The notes under the pieces: model-generated
Databases searched by the model: none
The model's input: only the letters and a program-made list of their open reading frames with translations
What the model was told of the DNA's origin: nothing
DNA from: Octopus sinensis
Taxonomy: Eukaryota
Length of the DNA stretch: 64,000 bases
Assembly (NCBI RefSeq): GCF_006345805.1
Contig: NC_043012.1
Location: forward strand, 44,950,001 to 45,014,000
Direction: 5' to 3'
In this document: one piece after another, positions 40,901 through 53,323 of the stretch
Position numbering within the stretch: position 1 is the first letter of the stretch
Layout of the letters: each line of letters opens with the position of its first letter
Made by a program: the position numbers and the translations under genes

Positions 40901-42969
40901 CAGACTGCGAGGTACATCGGTATCCTTGATATGTACACATAATGTGTATTGCATAAACATCGATTTCAATAATTACATAAAATCGCTGTATTACGTGATG
41001 TCATTCCACCTTGCCTGTAGACACATAATATTAATATAACATCGTGTAAAGTAGATTGGTTATAATTAGCAAGTGGGTGAATTTGATGAGGTCTTTCAAC
41101 TTGAAGTCTACGGACGATGTTTATACACTTAATTGCGTTTCATAACATCAAGTCTTGTCAATGTAATTTATTATAAGCAATAACAAGCTTGCACTTAAGT
41201 CAGATTACTTCCTAAGTTACTAATGAGAACATTCCATGACAAGAACAAGTCTAGATAATTGGTGACATCGGTATACATAGCATTTCCATTCGAGTGTAAT
41301 TCCAAGAATGTGTCACCCTAGTGCAAACAACACATGTCAGTTCTTTGAGGTAAAATAATTTGACACTTCCCAATATATTTTCATTTAGTTAAATGAAAAA
41401 ATATTGGACAGATATTTCAAAAATATTTCTGGAATATTTCTGAAATATTTAACCATTTTTATACAAAGTACATGTGTAATTCATATCTCCGAAGCAATAT
41501 ATTTACCATTTATATGACGTCTCAGAAGGACAAAGCTGTAGATTTATTTTAGGAATTACAAGGATCAGTTCAAATTTCCACAAATTTTACGCTTCGGCTC
41601 ACGTTGCTGTTTGAATTATGTCAGATGAACGAGCAGTTCAATGATTTGGAAAGCCTGTGACAGCAGATTGACGGATTATAAGGCTTAACATTATGTGGTT
41701 TAGTTCTCTGACTTATTTCATTATGATGGTCTTGTATCTTAAACATTTTTCTCGATACAGATTGAGTAGGAAGCAAGACTCTAACGTCATTACATTGACT
41801 CAAAGTTAAAAGTCAACCATTTAGGAAGGTGCTTTAGGTAAATATATTTCCTCATACATATAAATATAACAATCATTCATGCTCAAAGAGATTGCTTGTG
41901 TATCTAATAAATTTAATTTAAAAATGCAGTGTCAACTAAAATCTTTGGATTTAACGTATTGTCAACTTTGCTATCTTTGTATGTTTGAGCACGTTTGTGT
42001 CTATGTACACACACACACACACGTACGCACACACACACACACATACATACACGTATATATACAAATCTGTATGTATATGTACATATTGTGTATAGATATG
42101 TTTATATTGCTCATGCATGTGTGTAGTGTGTGTGTGGGCAAGTGTGTATGTGTGTGTGTGTGCGTGTGTGCATGTGTACGTGTGCGTGTATATAAACACG
42201 CCACGAATTTATGTGCTTGCAGCCAAACTCGATTATATTAATTCAATTATAAAGAGGTTATTGCAAGTAAGTTGAAAAAATAATTTCACATAAAAAGCCA
42301 TAAAAGTACCTGAATGCATTAAAAAACACTACATAATGTATATTTAGCTGAGCACTCCGATGAAAGTAGGTTACCGTTAGTTTCTGTTGTAAGTATTGTT
42401 GTTGATGTTATTGCAATTGTTAAACCATATCAATGATGCTGCCTGCAACGTCACCCAGTTATTTTTGCTGTTCTAAAAGAATTGCATCTCCTCTTAATAA
42501 TATCAGTACGGTATTTACCCTTCACAATGTTGACGATTAAAGGAAAGTTCATTATTAATTCATAAGAAGCGCCTTGTTGTGTTTGCCAAGCTCTTACATT
42601 CGAACCAAAATAGCTGAATCATTAATTACATTGGACAATTTATGACAATTCCAACTAAATCAACTGCTGGCATAATGGTGGAATTTAGTCTAATAAAAGT
42701 TTGGCTGTATATCACGTGTTTACTAATCGTGATTATATTTGGTGTTGCGTTACTAATCTCTTTGTCTTACCAATATCTGTGTGCTGACAAGACCAATCTG
42801 ATAACAGAATGGCGCACAAATTGAATAGCATAGGTTCTGATAGGTTAATATTTCACCGAGACTAGATTTTCTGAAAAGTAAAATTCCACGTTATAAGTAC
42901 GTGGGTATAAAGATGATGTGCGCCATTGTGTGCGTGTGTCTGTGTCCGTGTGTGTCTGTGTGTGCATAT

Positions 42970-43017
<48 letters not shown>

Positions 43018-43368
43018 GTGCGCGCGCGCGCGTGTATTCTGGTACTCCGTCGGTTGCAACGATGACGGTTCCAGTTGCTCTGATAAATGGAACAGCCTAG
43101 TCGTAAGACTATCGTGCAAGTGGCTGAGTTCTCCACACACACACATGCAGCTAACAGAGTTTTCGAGGAAATCCAACGTGACACAGGATACGACAAGGCT
43201 GGCCCCGTTGAATTACAGGTACAACTCATTTTTGTCAGCTTAATTAACTGGGGCAATGTGAAATTAAGTTACTGCTCTAGAGACACAATGCGCTTCCGGA
43301 CCCCAGGTTTACGATCGCGAACCGAGTAATCTAATCACTAAGTCACGTGTAATATATATATATATATA

Positions 43369-43774
43369 GGCGCAGGAGTGGCTGTGTGGTAAGTAGCTTG
43401 TTTATCAACCACATGGTTCCGGGTTCAGTCCCACTGCGTGGCACCTTGGGCAAGTGTCTTCTACTATAGCCTCGGGCCGACCAAAGCCTTGTGAGTGGAT
43501 TTGGTAGACGGAAACTGAAAGAAACCCGTCGTATATATGTATATATATATATATATATGCGTGTGTTTGTGTGTCTGTGTTTGTACCCCTAGCATTGCTT
43601 GACAACCGATGCTGGTGTGTTTATGTTGCCGTTACTTAGCGGTTCGGCAAAAGAGACCGATAGAATAAGTACTGGGCTTACAAAGGAATACCCGGGGTCG
43701 AGTTGCTCGATTAAAGGCGGTGCTCCAGCATGGCCGCAGTCAAATGACTGAAACATGTAAAAGAGTAAAGAGTA
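43369..43774 (+). mobile_element. SINE family A, reference full-length copy
   Basis: A box TGGCTGTGTGG, B box GGGTTCAGTCC, CCTTGGGCAAGT (resembles the CORE domain start), TA/TG spacer, LINE-like tail and AAGAGT repeats. Confidence 0.92.
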
Positions 43775-43817
43775 ATATATATATATATACATATATATGT
43801 ATATATGTATGTGTGTA

Positions 43818-43859
<42 letters not shown>

Positions 43860-43867
43860 TGTGTGTA

Positions 43868-44180
43868 CAGTGTGCGATGGATAAATTGTCGCCATTTTAT
43901 ATTTTTTATTTCACGCATGCGCATTGTTTGTTTTTTTTTATTTTTGTCGACTACACAGTATAGTACGGTCAGTTAGACTCTGTTTGTGAGTAAAACAGCG
44001 CCATGACGCAATTCACTCTGCCAGAAATTTGGAAACGATATGATATACAGTTTGGCATTCGCGCCGGAAGCTCTAATACAAACATTCCAAAGTGTTTCGG
44101 TGTCGATCTGAGGACAGTGCAATCTGAGGACATGTACCACAAAACCTTAGACTCAACACGGAAGCCTTCATTAAGTGACT
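43868..44180 (+). mobile_element. Second maT copy: left TIR plus 5' transposase fragment with a different internal deletion
   Basis: TA-CAGTGTGCGATGGATAAATTG TIR; MTQFTLPEIWKR matches MTQFTLPESWKR of the 33.6-kb copy. Confidence 0.8.
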
Positions 44181-44654
44181 GGGAATTTTATCAAAAGCTT
44201 TTCGGTAATCGATTCAGGCCATACTTAGACCCCTCCTGTTTCTGCGGCTGACTTCAGCTCACTGCTTTGTTTCGCCATTGCTATCAATGTAAAAATAGTA
44301 TTGTTTTATCTAAAATGGAGCTTATGTGCAAAACTGGTTGTTTACCTTTCAAATAATCATATCCGCTTCACAAAAATAACGACAGTATCCTACTGGCAAT
44401 GGCAATTTGTTAAATTGATCTTGTTTACTTACAAAGAATAGAGTAATATTCCAGATAGGTGCATTGACCGTGGTTCAATATACTTCTCCCGTTTACTCGC
44501 AAAGAAAACATAGTGGTACTCCAGATAGGCGTGTAATCTGTTTATTCCAACTGTAAAACTAAAGACTATAATAATAACATAAACAAAAAATGGAGACATT
44601 TTGTGAATGTTCTCACGAGTTCCAGAACTTTGAATTCTATTGGCTAGCGATCTC

Positions 44655-44812
44655 CATATCAGGCACACCAGGCACATGCATCACAATCATATGTGCGCGA
44701 CATGGTGACCTCATATGAAGATTACTTGCAGGTGGGGCCCAGTTAGAATTTTCTTCAGGTCGAGTAACCCATCTTGCTCAATAGGTCCCTGAATAAAGGT
44801 TGTTCAAGGTTA
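44655..44812 (-). mobile_element. Fragment of the TAA-flanked 480-bp element
   Basis: Reverse complement of about 46722-46880. Confidence 0.85.
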
Positions 44813-44813
44813 C

Positions 44814-44814
<1 letters not shown>

Positions 44815-44892
<78 letters not shown>

Positions 44893-45690
44893 TTCTCCTT
44901 ATCACAGTTTTTGTTGGAGCTCCTAGTGACTTGCATGTGTAGAGGGCTTACTGCCTGTAGCCTACGGTACCATGCCATTCGTTCTTTTCAGCTATGTAAT
45001 AATTTCCTGATTATTCTGGCCGTGTCAAAGAGGCAAAACTTTTGTAACAGTTCAACTGGGCACTCTATTCCAATTTCCGTTGTATTCCTCTTTGATGCCT
45101 TCTGATACTGTTCTCAAGGCCCCAACAATATTTGGCACTATCTTCACCATTTTCCATAGCCTGGATATTTCGTACTTAAGAGGATTGTATCTATTTATCT
45201 TTTGTTCTTCCTTCTTGCCTATTCGTGGGTCAAAGGGGTATGCAATATCAACAATATAACATATGCGGTGCATCTTGTCCACTACCACTAGGTCCAGTCT
45301 GTTATGCTCTAACACCTGATCTATTTGGATTGGGAAATCACAGTGGATTTTGCTAGTCTCCGACTCTGCCACTCTATACGGTCTGTGCTCACACCATGTC
45401 ACGCCTTTGTTTAGCCTCCGCTTTTCGTACAGTTTCCAATGCAGCACTTTCACTACCTGGTCGTGTAGCCACAACTTGTAGTGGTTTTGGGCAGGTCTAG
45501 GGCATTCGTTCGTGATATGTGCAATGGTTTCATCCACTCTATTGCAGACGCGACATAGCCGAAGCACTTGCTCATTCCTAAGGTTAAACCTCTTTTCGTG
45601 GCCAAGGCTTGGTCCTGCGCTGCCAGTATAGTGTTTTCGGTTTCCTTTATTAGGGTTCTTTTCATCAGCCAAACACCTTTTTTCTTTTTT
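44815..45690 (-). mobile_element. Dong/R4-like RLE non-LTR retrotransposon 3' end with (TAA)n tail
   Basis: ETENTILAAQDQALATK; CCHC CRVC..ETIAHITNEC; restriction-like nuclease HNRLDLVVVDK..IVDIAYPFD..KEEQKINRY; tail array at 44815-44892. Confidence 0.9.
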
Positions 45691-45989
45691 ATCTTTGTAT
45701 GCTATGCACATGTCCATTCTTTTGCAGTTTATACTGTGTATATATTATTAAAATTTTGTTTTATCATTTCATTATTATATGTAAACCACCACACCTAATG
45801 TCTATTTCTGTATTGTCCTCTCTCATCCTTCGGCCTTGTGGCAAATAAATGAAATCATTATTTTGGTCTTTTACAACAATTTCCGGTCTATTAGCTTTGG
45901 TGGTTCTGTTTGTATGTACAGGAAAGTCGTTACGTTTTCAATCCCAGTTATAGATTCAGGTTAATGTTTATAACAGTTTTGAATTTATT

Positions 45990-46400
45990 AGGTGGTGAGC
46001 TGGCAGAATCGTTAGCACTCTGGACGAAATGCTTAGCGGCATTTCGCCCCTTGCTACGTTCTGAATTCAAATTCCGCCGAAGTCGATTTCGCTCTTCGTA
46101 CTTTCGGAGTAGATAAATTAAATACCAGTCGAGATTGGGGTCGATGTAATCGACTTGTCCCCTCCCCACAAAATTTAGGCTTTGTGCCTTCTGTAGAAAG
46201 AATTATTATTATTATTATTATTAATCGTTAATACGCCGGGCGAAATGCTTAGCGGTTTTTCGTCTGCTGTTACGTTCACAGTTCTAATTTCGCCGAGGTC
46301 GACTGTGCCCTTCAACCTTTCGGGGGCATAAATTAAGTACCAGTGAAACACTCCATCAGATTTCAGGCCTTGTACCTACAACAGAAAGGATTATTATTAA
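45990..46400 (+). mobile_element. Two SINE family B copies, each ending in AGAAAG(G/A)ATTATT and (ATT)n
   Basis: Units at about 45990-46222 and 46226-46400. Confidence 0.85.
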
Positions 46401-46456
46401 TATAGTAGAAAGGATGATTATTATTATTATCATTATTATTATTATTATCAATAATG

Positions 46457-46495
<39 letters not shown>

Positions 46496-46498
<3 letters not shown>

Positions 46499-46992
46499 TG
46501 GTATAAAAGATGGGCTACAGCAAATATTCTGCTCAATACCACAGATTTGCTTGTCAGTTGTTTGACCTTAACCAGTTGAGCATGTCCCTTAGTGGCTGAC
46601 GATATGTGCATCTCTGATCACGAGCAGAAGTAGTGGGGGAGCATCATAGCCATGTGTTGAGAGGGATTCTTTGGGGTTTGAATAGTTCACCTCTGGAAAC
46701 ATGGGTGGTTCTTTCAACATCCTTGAACAACCTTTATTCAGGGACCGTTTGAGCGGGATGGGCTACTCAACCAGAAGAAAATTCTAACTGGGCCCCACCT
46801 GCAAGGTCATGTGCTGTTTATCTTGATATGAGATCACCATGTCGCGCACATATGGTTGTGATGCATGTGCCTGGTGTACCCTTATCAGACGGGTAGTCAT
46901 GATGGGTATATTGGGTTTCGTATATTTTACCCCAGTGTCACTTTGATTGCATGAACTGCTCTCTCACTCAATAATAATAATAATAATAATAA
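46496..46992 (+). mobile_element. About 480-bp non-coding element flanked by (TAA)n on both sides
   Basis: Ends CTCTCTCACTCAATAATAATAA; a second partial copy is at 44655. Confidence 0.75.
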
Positions 46993-46994
46993 TA

Positions 46995-47225
46995 ACTGGT
47001 CAAGGTGCCACACAATGGCATCTTGGGCAAGTGTCGTCTACTTTACCTTGGGCCGATCAAAGCCTTCTGAGTGGATTCAGTTGACGGAAACTAAAAGAAG
47101 CTCGGTGTGTGTGTGTGTTTGTGTGTGTGTGTTTGTGTATATGTGGCCTAGCCTGGGCACCACATGGTGTCCTGACTTGGCCGAAGTTTAATATACGGAA
47201 ACATGTAAAAGATAAAAGATTTAAA
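46995..47225 (+). mobile_element. SINE family A, truncated and deleted copy
   Basis: CTTGGGCAAGTG body and CTGAAAC-like tail. Confidence 0.7.
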
Positions 47226-47238
47226 TGTATATATATAT

Positions 47239-47269
<31 letters not shown>

Positions 47270-47789
47270 GAGTTCGCTGTACATTGTATATACTGTATAC
47301 ACCCACTAGCAGATATTAAAGTTTATATATGCATTTATTTAATTCAATCTGCCATATATATCTCTAGAAATATGGGCTTGTGCTTGAACAAAGTTCTTTA
47401 ATTTGATTTTGTTTCCAGTAAAACAAATAACTATGTTTTGCGAAATAAAGTAATCGTTATCAATAAAATCTGTATGAAACAAAATACTTTCTCTCTTTTC
47501 TCTAGAAGTTTCAAATCTACAGGCAACATTTGTTTATCTTGCCAACTGAAAAAACAAAAGATGATCTCTTGGTGTCAAATAATATTCAATACAGTGTTAG
47601 GATTTTTATATAAAGAATTAACAAAACACCTAATACATTTGGCTAAATACAATACTGTAATTCAACATCAGTATGAAAATGAGATCTTGTTGTGTTACTG
47701 ATTTACCCAAGAGAGAAACTGTATATTATTATTTATTAATTATTTTTATTGTATGTACACATATTTTGTGAATGTTAGTGTCATTAGTT

Positions 47790-48224
47790 ATATATAGTTA
47801 CAAACGAGTCAATTAACGGTTCACTGCATTTAACATGGAAATAGTTACAGGGAAAGTATCTGCACAACTTTCCTGGAACAATTAGCATAAGATTTTTTTG
47901 AAGCACTGACGAAAGTGGTTTCAGAGTCCAGACAGAAACCAACAATACGTTTAAGGAAACATTGTGTGGGAGTGTGTATGTATGTATATATATATTTCGT
48001 TTTTGGATTTGGTTTGCAAGATTCTTTATATGAGTTCGTGTGTTGAGGCATATTTTGTTGTGCCTGGGTAGAGTCATTCTCTTTTAGTGCCTTATTATTT
48101 AACACACTCACAGGTAAAATTTCCACTTATTTCTTATTTTCATTTTCTAAAATTTTCGTTGCGTCTTGCAACCTTTTCAATAGTCTTGACAGAGAGTCAA
48201 GACTATTGAAAAGGTTGCAAGACG
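47790..48224 (-). mobile_element. Probable Penelope-like 5' end with a 29-bp perfect inverted duplication
   Basis: Arms at 48162-48190 and 48196-48224 with spacer AGAGA; hammerhead variant at 48147-48183. The left boundary is uncertain. Confidence 0.55.
48147..48183 (-). ncRNA. Minimal hammerhead motif with U3-A8 core variant
   Basis: Minus strand: CTA | TTGAAAA G | GTTGC-AAGAC-GCAAC | GAA | AATT | T | TAG. Confidence 0.55.
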
Positions 48225-48280
48225 AAAAGAAAGAGACCTCGATATAATGTAAATAGAGGAAATTTATCTGCAAAATAATA

Positions 48281-48414
48281 TGTGACAATAGCCAAGATAA
48301 AACTCTGAGTTTTGGATGCCGAGGTGGAAATCCACAACACCATCTCTTCGGTTATCTAGCCATCTTTCCACCTCGGCATCCGAGTTTTATCTTGGCTATT
48401 GAATAATTGTCACA
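48281..48414. repeat. Imperfect long inverted repeat
   Basis: CAATAGCCAAGATAAAACTC / GAGTTTTATCTTGGCTATTG and GGATGCCGAGGTGGAAA / TTTCCACCTCGGCATCC around a 34-nt loop. Confidence 0.9.
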
Positions 48415-48417
48415 AAT

Positions 48418-48575
<158 letters not shown>

Positions 48576-48739
48576 TTGTCGAACCGCTTAATAATTGGTT
48601 TTCAATTCGTTATGTATTTGTTTTTTGTTTGTTTTGCATCTGATCTTTTTGTTATTGATCTTCTATAAAAATGAAACAATATCCATCAATTTACCATTTC
48701 TATCTATGAAGACCAAGAAGAAAACATGCCCGAATAAGT

Positions 48740-48890
48740 TGTGTAAAATCACTCGAGGAGACACATCTACACCGACGGATACACACGTACCATCTACCAT
48801 GGATCCCTCGCGGATGGGTCGAGACGATTGTAGGGATCAATAAAGTTAGTTTCTCGTGTCTTCCACTCTCCGCCTCTCACATTATACACA
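48740..48890 (+). mobile_element. Fragment of the Penelope terminal repeat also seen at 59930-60080
   Basis: Shares GAGACACATCTACACCG, GGGTCGA.AC and CTTCC..CTCCGCCTCTC.CATTA. Hammerhead relic GATCCC..GAGACGATTGTA-GGGATC at 48802-48838. Confidence 0.6.
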
Positions 48891-49189
48891 CACACACGCA
48901 TACATATATACATACACATGTATATATATCTGCTTACACACACATATACATATATGCATATACATACATATATACATATACATACATATATACATATATT
49001 GTTTATCTTGTTTCAGTCATTAGACAGCAGCCATGCCGAATTTAGTCGAACGCATCTGCCCCACCACTTATTTTGTTTAAGCTTGATACTTATTCTATCG
49101 GTTCTTTTGTCGAATTATAAATACATACATATACAAATCTGTTATTGATATCATATGAAGCACGTATTGTGACACTGGAGCATCTCCGC

Positions 49190-50040
49190 CAGGGGAAATA
49201 GATCAGTAATTATCTTGCCCAGGTTTGTGACCATGAAATTAACAACATACTTATTATAGTTAATGAACTTGAAGAGAGGTGTCAAATAAAAGCGGATAAA
49301 AAGCATCAGCAAAATCTATTTATCACAGTACCAGTTCAAGAAAACAAAACCATAGAAGGGATTGATTATGTCAAAAGCTTGGTAAAGTGTACCGATAAGT
49401 TTATGACATTCCATTTGGAAAGATGTTTCCATGCAATTCAAGAATGAGATCCACTAAGTACCAGCAAAAAGGTAGAAAATATTGACAGACAGGAAATGAA
49501 GATACCAACCAAAGTATTGTCAACTGCGAGAGGACATTTTCCATATATTATCTTCCCATGAGGCATGATGAGGTAACCAGGACAGGAAGGTGATAACGGA
49601 AAGGGAATACCTAAAGACGAAGTCAAATATATTGAGACCGATGGGTCAAGAGAATATTGGTGGAAATTGAAAATTAAAACAGTCGCCAAGTCAAAACACA
49701 ACCGACTATATATTGTGTGAATGACAAGGAAAAAGAGTTATGTTCTGTTGTGGAAGTCAGCTGCCCTCTGAACACGAATGTAGTTACTAGATTACAAGAG
49801 AAAGAGGACATCAATGGACAATTGATAGAGAGTTTGCAAATCCAGTACCCAAGATACACTGCAAGCTTCATAACTGCTATTATTGCAGCAAAAAGATACA
49901 TACAAACCCATGTTGAGCAAAGATTAGCTGAACTTGGGTTCTTGGGGAGAGAGCGCAAATCCTACAACTAATCATGATATCAATGACAAAAGAAAAAAAC
50001 AGCAAGACCTTCAGGTTTAAAGAATAATGGACGAACCAAG
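49190..50040 (+). mobile_element. Decayed RLE-type (R4/NeSL-like) non-LTR retrotransposon 3' end
   Basis: EYWWKLKIKTVAKSKHNR.., DKEKELCSVVEVSCPLNTNVV..EKED..LQIQYPRY. It lies between SINE A tail (49000-49110) and head (50160-50330) fragments, both on the minus strand. Confidence 0.75.
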
Positions 50041-50127
50041 ATGCTTTCATTTATAACCTTACTATCAAGCAGCTGGGTGGTCAAAATTTATTCCAAATTA
50101 AAAGAGCACACCCCATTCACATATATG

Positions 50128-50161
<34 letters not shown>

Positions 50162-50727
50162 CGAAAAGTGACAAGCTTCTTTCAATTTTCGTTTACCAAA
50201 TACACTCACAAGTTTTGGGTCGGCCTGAGGCAATAGTAGTAGATATTTTCCCACAATGCCATGCAGTGGGACTGAATGCGAAACACTACGCTTGCACAAG
50301 CAACTTCTTATCATACAGTCATACCTGCGCATCTATATATATACATATGATTTTGTGTGCAGTTATGTCGTTGAATATATATTGACGCAAAAGATACAGA
50401 CACATATACATACCTAGATACATACATATGCAAAAATGCACACCCACCAACATGCGCACACACATATATCCAAGCACGACAGACTTCTGCATAGTTTTCG
50501 ATTTTCAGATTCTACGCTTAAGGAAATTGGTTAACCTAAAATTATAGTAAAAATCACATCACTATCCAAATCACTATTTCAAAGAGGCTTGAAATCGAAA
50601 CGAACAAATTGAGAAGCAACTTGTTTAACCATTTTCACGTTAAATAATGCAATGTTCTGTGTATGATAGAATACGTAGAATTTAGTGGAATGAAATGCAA
50701 AGCGGTATCGATACAATCGATACAATT

Positions 50728-51147
50728 GAGGCGACGAGCTGGCAGAATCGTTAGCACGCCGGGCGAAATGCTTGGCGGTATTTCCTCTGCCGCTACGTTC
50801 TGAGTTCAAATTCCGCCGAGGTCGACTTTGCCTTTTATCCTTTCGGGGTCGATAAATTAAGTACCAGTTACGCACTGGAGTCGATGTAATCGACTTAATC
50901 GCTTTGTCTGTCCTTGTTTGTCTCCTCTATGTTTAGCCCCTTATGGGTAGTAAAGAAATAGGTATTTCGTCTGCCGCTACGTTCTGAGTTCAAATTCCGC
51001 CGAGGTCGGATTTGCCTTTCATCCTTTCGGGGTCGATAAATTAAGTACCAGTTATGCACTGGGGTCGATGTAATCGACTTAATCCATTTGTCTGTCCTTG
51101 TTTGTCCCCTCTGTGTTTAGCCCCTTGTGGGTAGTAAAGAAATAGGT
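50728..51147 (+). mobile_element. SINE family B dimer with flanking direct repeat
   Basis: Period 184 (50777, 50961, 51145). ATCGATACAAT at 50716-50726 and 51148-51158. Confidence 0.9.
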
Positions 51148-52409
51148 ATCGATACAATCTGAACATTCTTTTACAATAGTAACTATTGTGAGATGTATTG
51201 TGGTGCTCAATTGTTTCTACCAACACAGTCGCTCCATATTATTATTATTAAATAATGATAGCTACAAAATATAGGCTACATTTGTATATGATGAATTACA
51301 TTGTATATGACCATGCCTTTCTTGAGGGTATTAATGCAAAGATGTTCTGCATTGGTTGGAAACTGTTACAAGAGACTAAAGAATTTAACCACGTATATGA
51401 ATTATTTAAATAATTTAAATAATTATTATTCATCGTTGAAAATATTTGAGCTTTCTTAAGGAATAAGTGATTTAGGAAAACATGAATGGTAAAGATACCC
51501 ATTTCTTTATCAAATAAAGTATGAAAGTAACTCATGTACTAAAATGAAATACCCCAGCATCCGAGATCCATCCCAATTTTGAGCTTCTCATTCGTTAAAA
51601 TGATCCTTTCCACTGCAAAAGATGTATGACACATGATTTCATTGCCTTATACTCACCATGTTCAATTTTTATTCTTGTGTAAGAAATAACATTATATAGA
51701 AAGGTCCTCATAAACTAGTACTTAATATACTGGTAGTAAATACAGGATTTTAAAGTTTCAGTGTTGAGAGTTTTAACAACAGTTAGAATATTTTTACAGT
51801 TTTATTTAGTCATCGATATTTCCTCGCTAATACTTGTAGAGATGTTGCACGGCAGGATTATTGTGGTAATAAAATTCACCAGTCAGTTTGCTTTGAAAAT
51901 CTCTTGAGATGAGTTTGAAGTGATCTTGCTTACAGAATCGGATTACATAATTTTTACTACGCTGTTCGATTTCTTAGGATTCGATGTTTAAATACGGACA
52001 CATATGCTTAGCCTTTCATCCCTCTGGCATAGATTAAATTAATGCGCTCTGTTCAGACTGATCCACTATTCCCCGTTCCATTATAAAATGACCTTATGTA
52101 TTTTAATGGGAAGAAAATCATTAGAGAGAATGAAAACTTAGTTGTTCGTCACTCCCTCTTAACATTGTATGCCATTCATGAGAAGCTTTGTTTTATTTCT
52201 TTACATAAAATATTTATAAGAAGTAATTCAGTAACATAGGCATGTCGAAGTGTTTACAATCAAATTACCTGGAATCTTATTATACCTCAGGAAAACAGTA
52301 ATATGAAAGAATAAATGAGGGACGCATAGAGAAATGAAGTATTTTTGACCGCAAAATATCATATCACCCAAGTGAAAATATATGAAAATCTCTGTACATC
52401 TTTGATTTG

Positions 52410-52590
52410 TTTGAATCATTAGACTGCATTGAACAATTTTTACTGGAGTGAATCGACCTCAGTACTCTTCTTTATTAAAGCATGATACTTATTCCATTAG
52501 TTTCTTTTGCTGAACTGCTAAGTTACGGCCACGTAAACACAACAACACCAGTTGTAAGCAGTAGTGGAGTCAAACATGGACACAAAGACA
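52410..52590 (-). mobile_element. SINE family A, 3' half
   Basis: Tail and AAGTTACGG..GTAAACAC body. Confidence 0.7.
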
Positions 52591-52622
<32 letters not shown>

Positions 52623-52699
52623 TACACACACACACACACACATACACACACACACCGATATACATACATACACACTAAGTATGTCTACCTCTGGAAATA

Positions 52700-53110
52700 A
52701 CTGTCAAAACTTATTTAAATCGCCAAAATACACTGATAATAACTACAGAAATCAACCATCAGAAGATAAACGGACTAAAACAATCTTCCAGCATGCATTC
52801 AAATATTTGCACTCACGTGGATCGGTTTCTGCACTGGCATTATAGCCTCAGCTTTCTCAGCACCTGTTACCATGATAGAGACCCCCAACCCATCCTGTTG
52901 AAGTCTGCACTGCAACTTATTCATTTTGCACCGAAATCATTATGCTAGGAGATTGTCTTAGCCTGTTTTCCTTCAGACGGTTGATTTCTGTAGTTATTAT
53001 CAGTATATTTTGGTGATCCAAAGAGCTTTGACTGTTATGTCCAGCAAATAGACATACTTAGTAGGTCCTTTGATTAACTTTAATCCTTCATGTATTTAAT
53101 GGTTTTGTGG
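52700..53110 (-). mobile_element. Possible highly decayed RTE-type LINE fragment
   Basis: Weak resemblance of broken frames to the RTE RT C-terminus. Confidence 0.3.
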
Positions 53111-53243
53111 GGGTCTTGCAATCGCCTTTATTGTTGATTCTGTTATTATCACTTTTAAATTGTTACACTAGATAATAACAGAGTCAATGGTGTTTCCTTA
53201 TTTTTTTCCTGAATTACTTTTTCCTCGTGAATTATTTACTACG

Positions 53244-53323
<80 letters not shown>

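Noticed and set aside
42642-42824. 60-aa ORF with a hydrophobic, transmembrane-like stretch
   Set aside because: Expected by chance in T-rich DNA; no splice or homology support. The region may instead be regulatory (TTTATGAC, CACGTG).
47900-47945. CTGACGA...GAAACC hammerhead-like core
   Set aside because: No stem II closing next to the core and no stem I.
51540-51660. VER-like motif suggesting a hAT dimerisation domain, and a minus-strand donor ATG/GTGAGT
   Set aside because: Too short and degenerate to support either reading.
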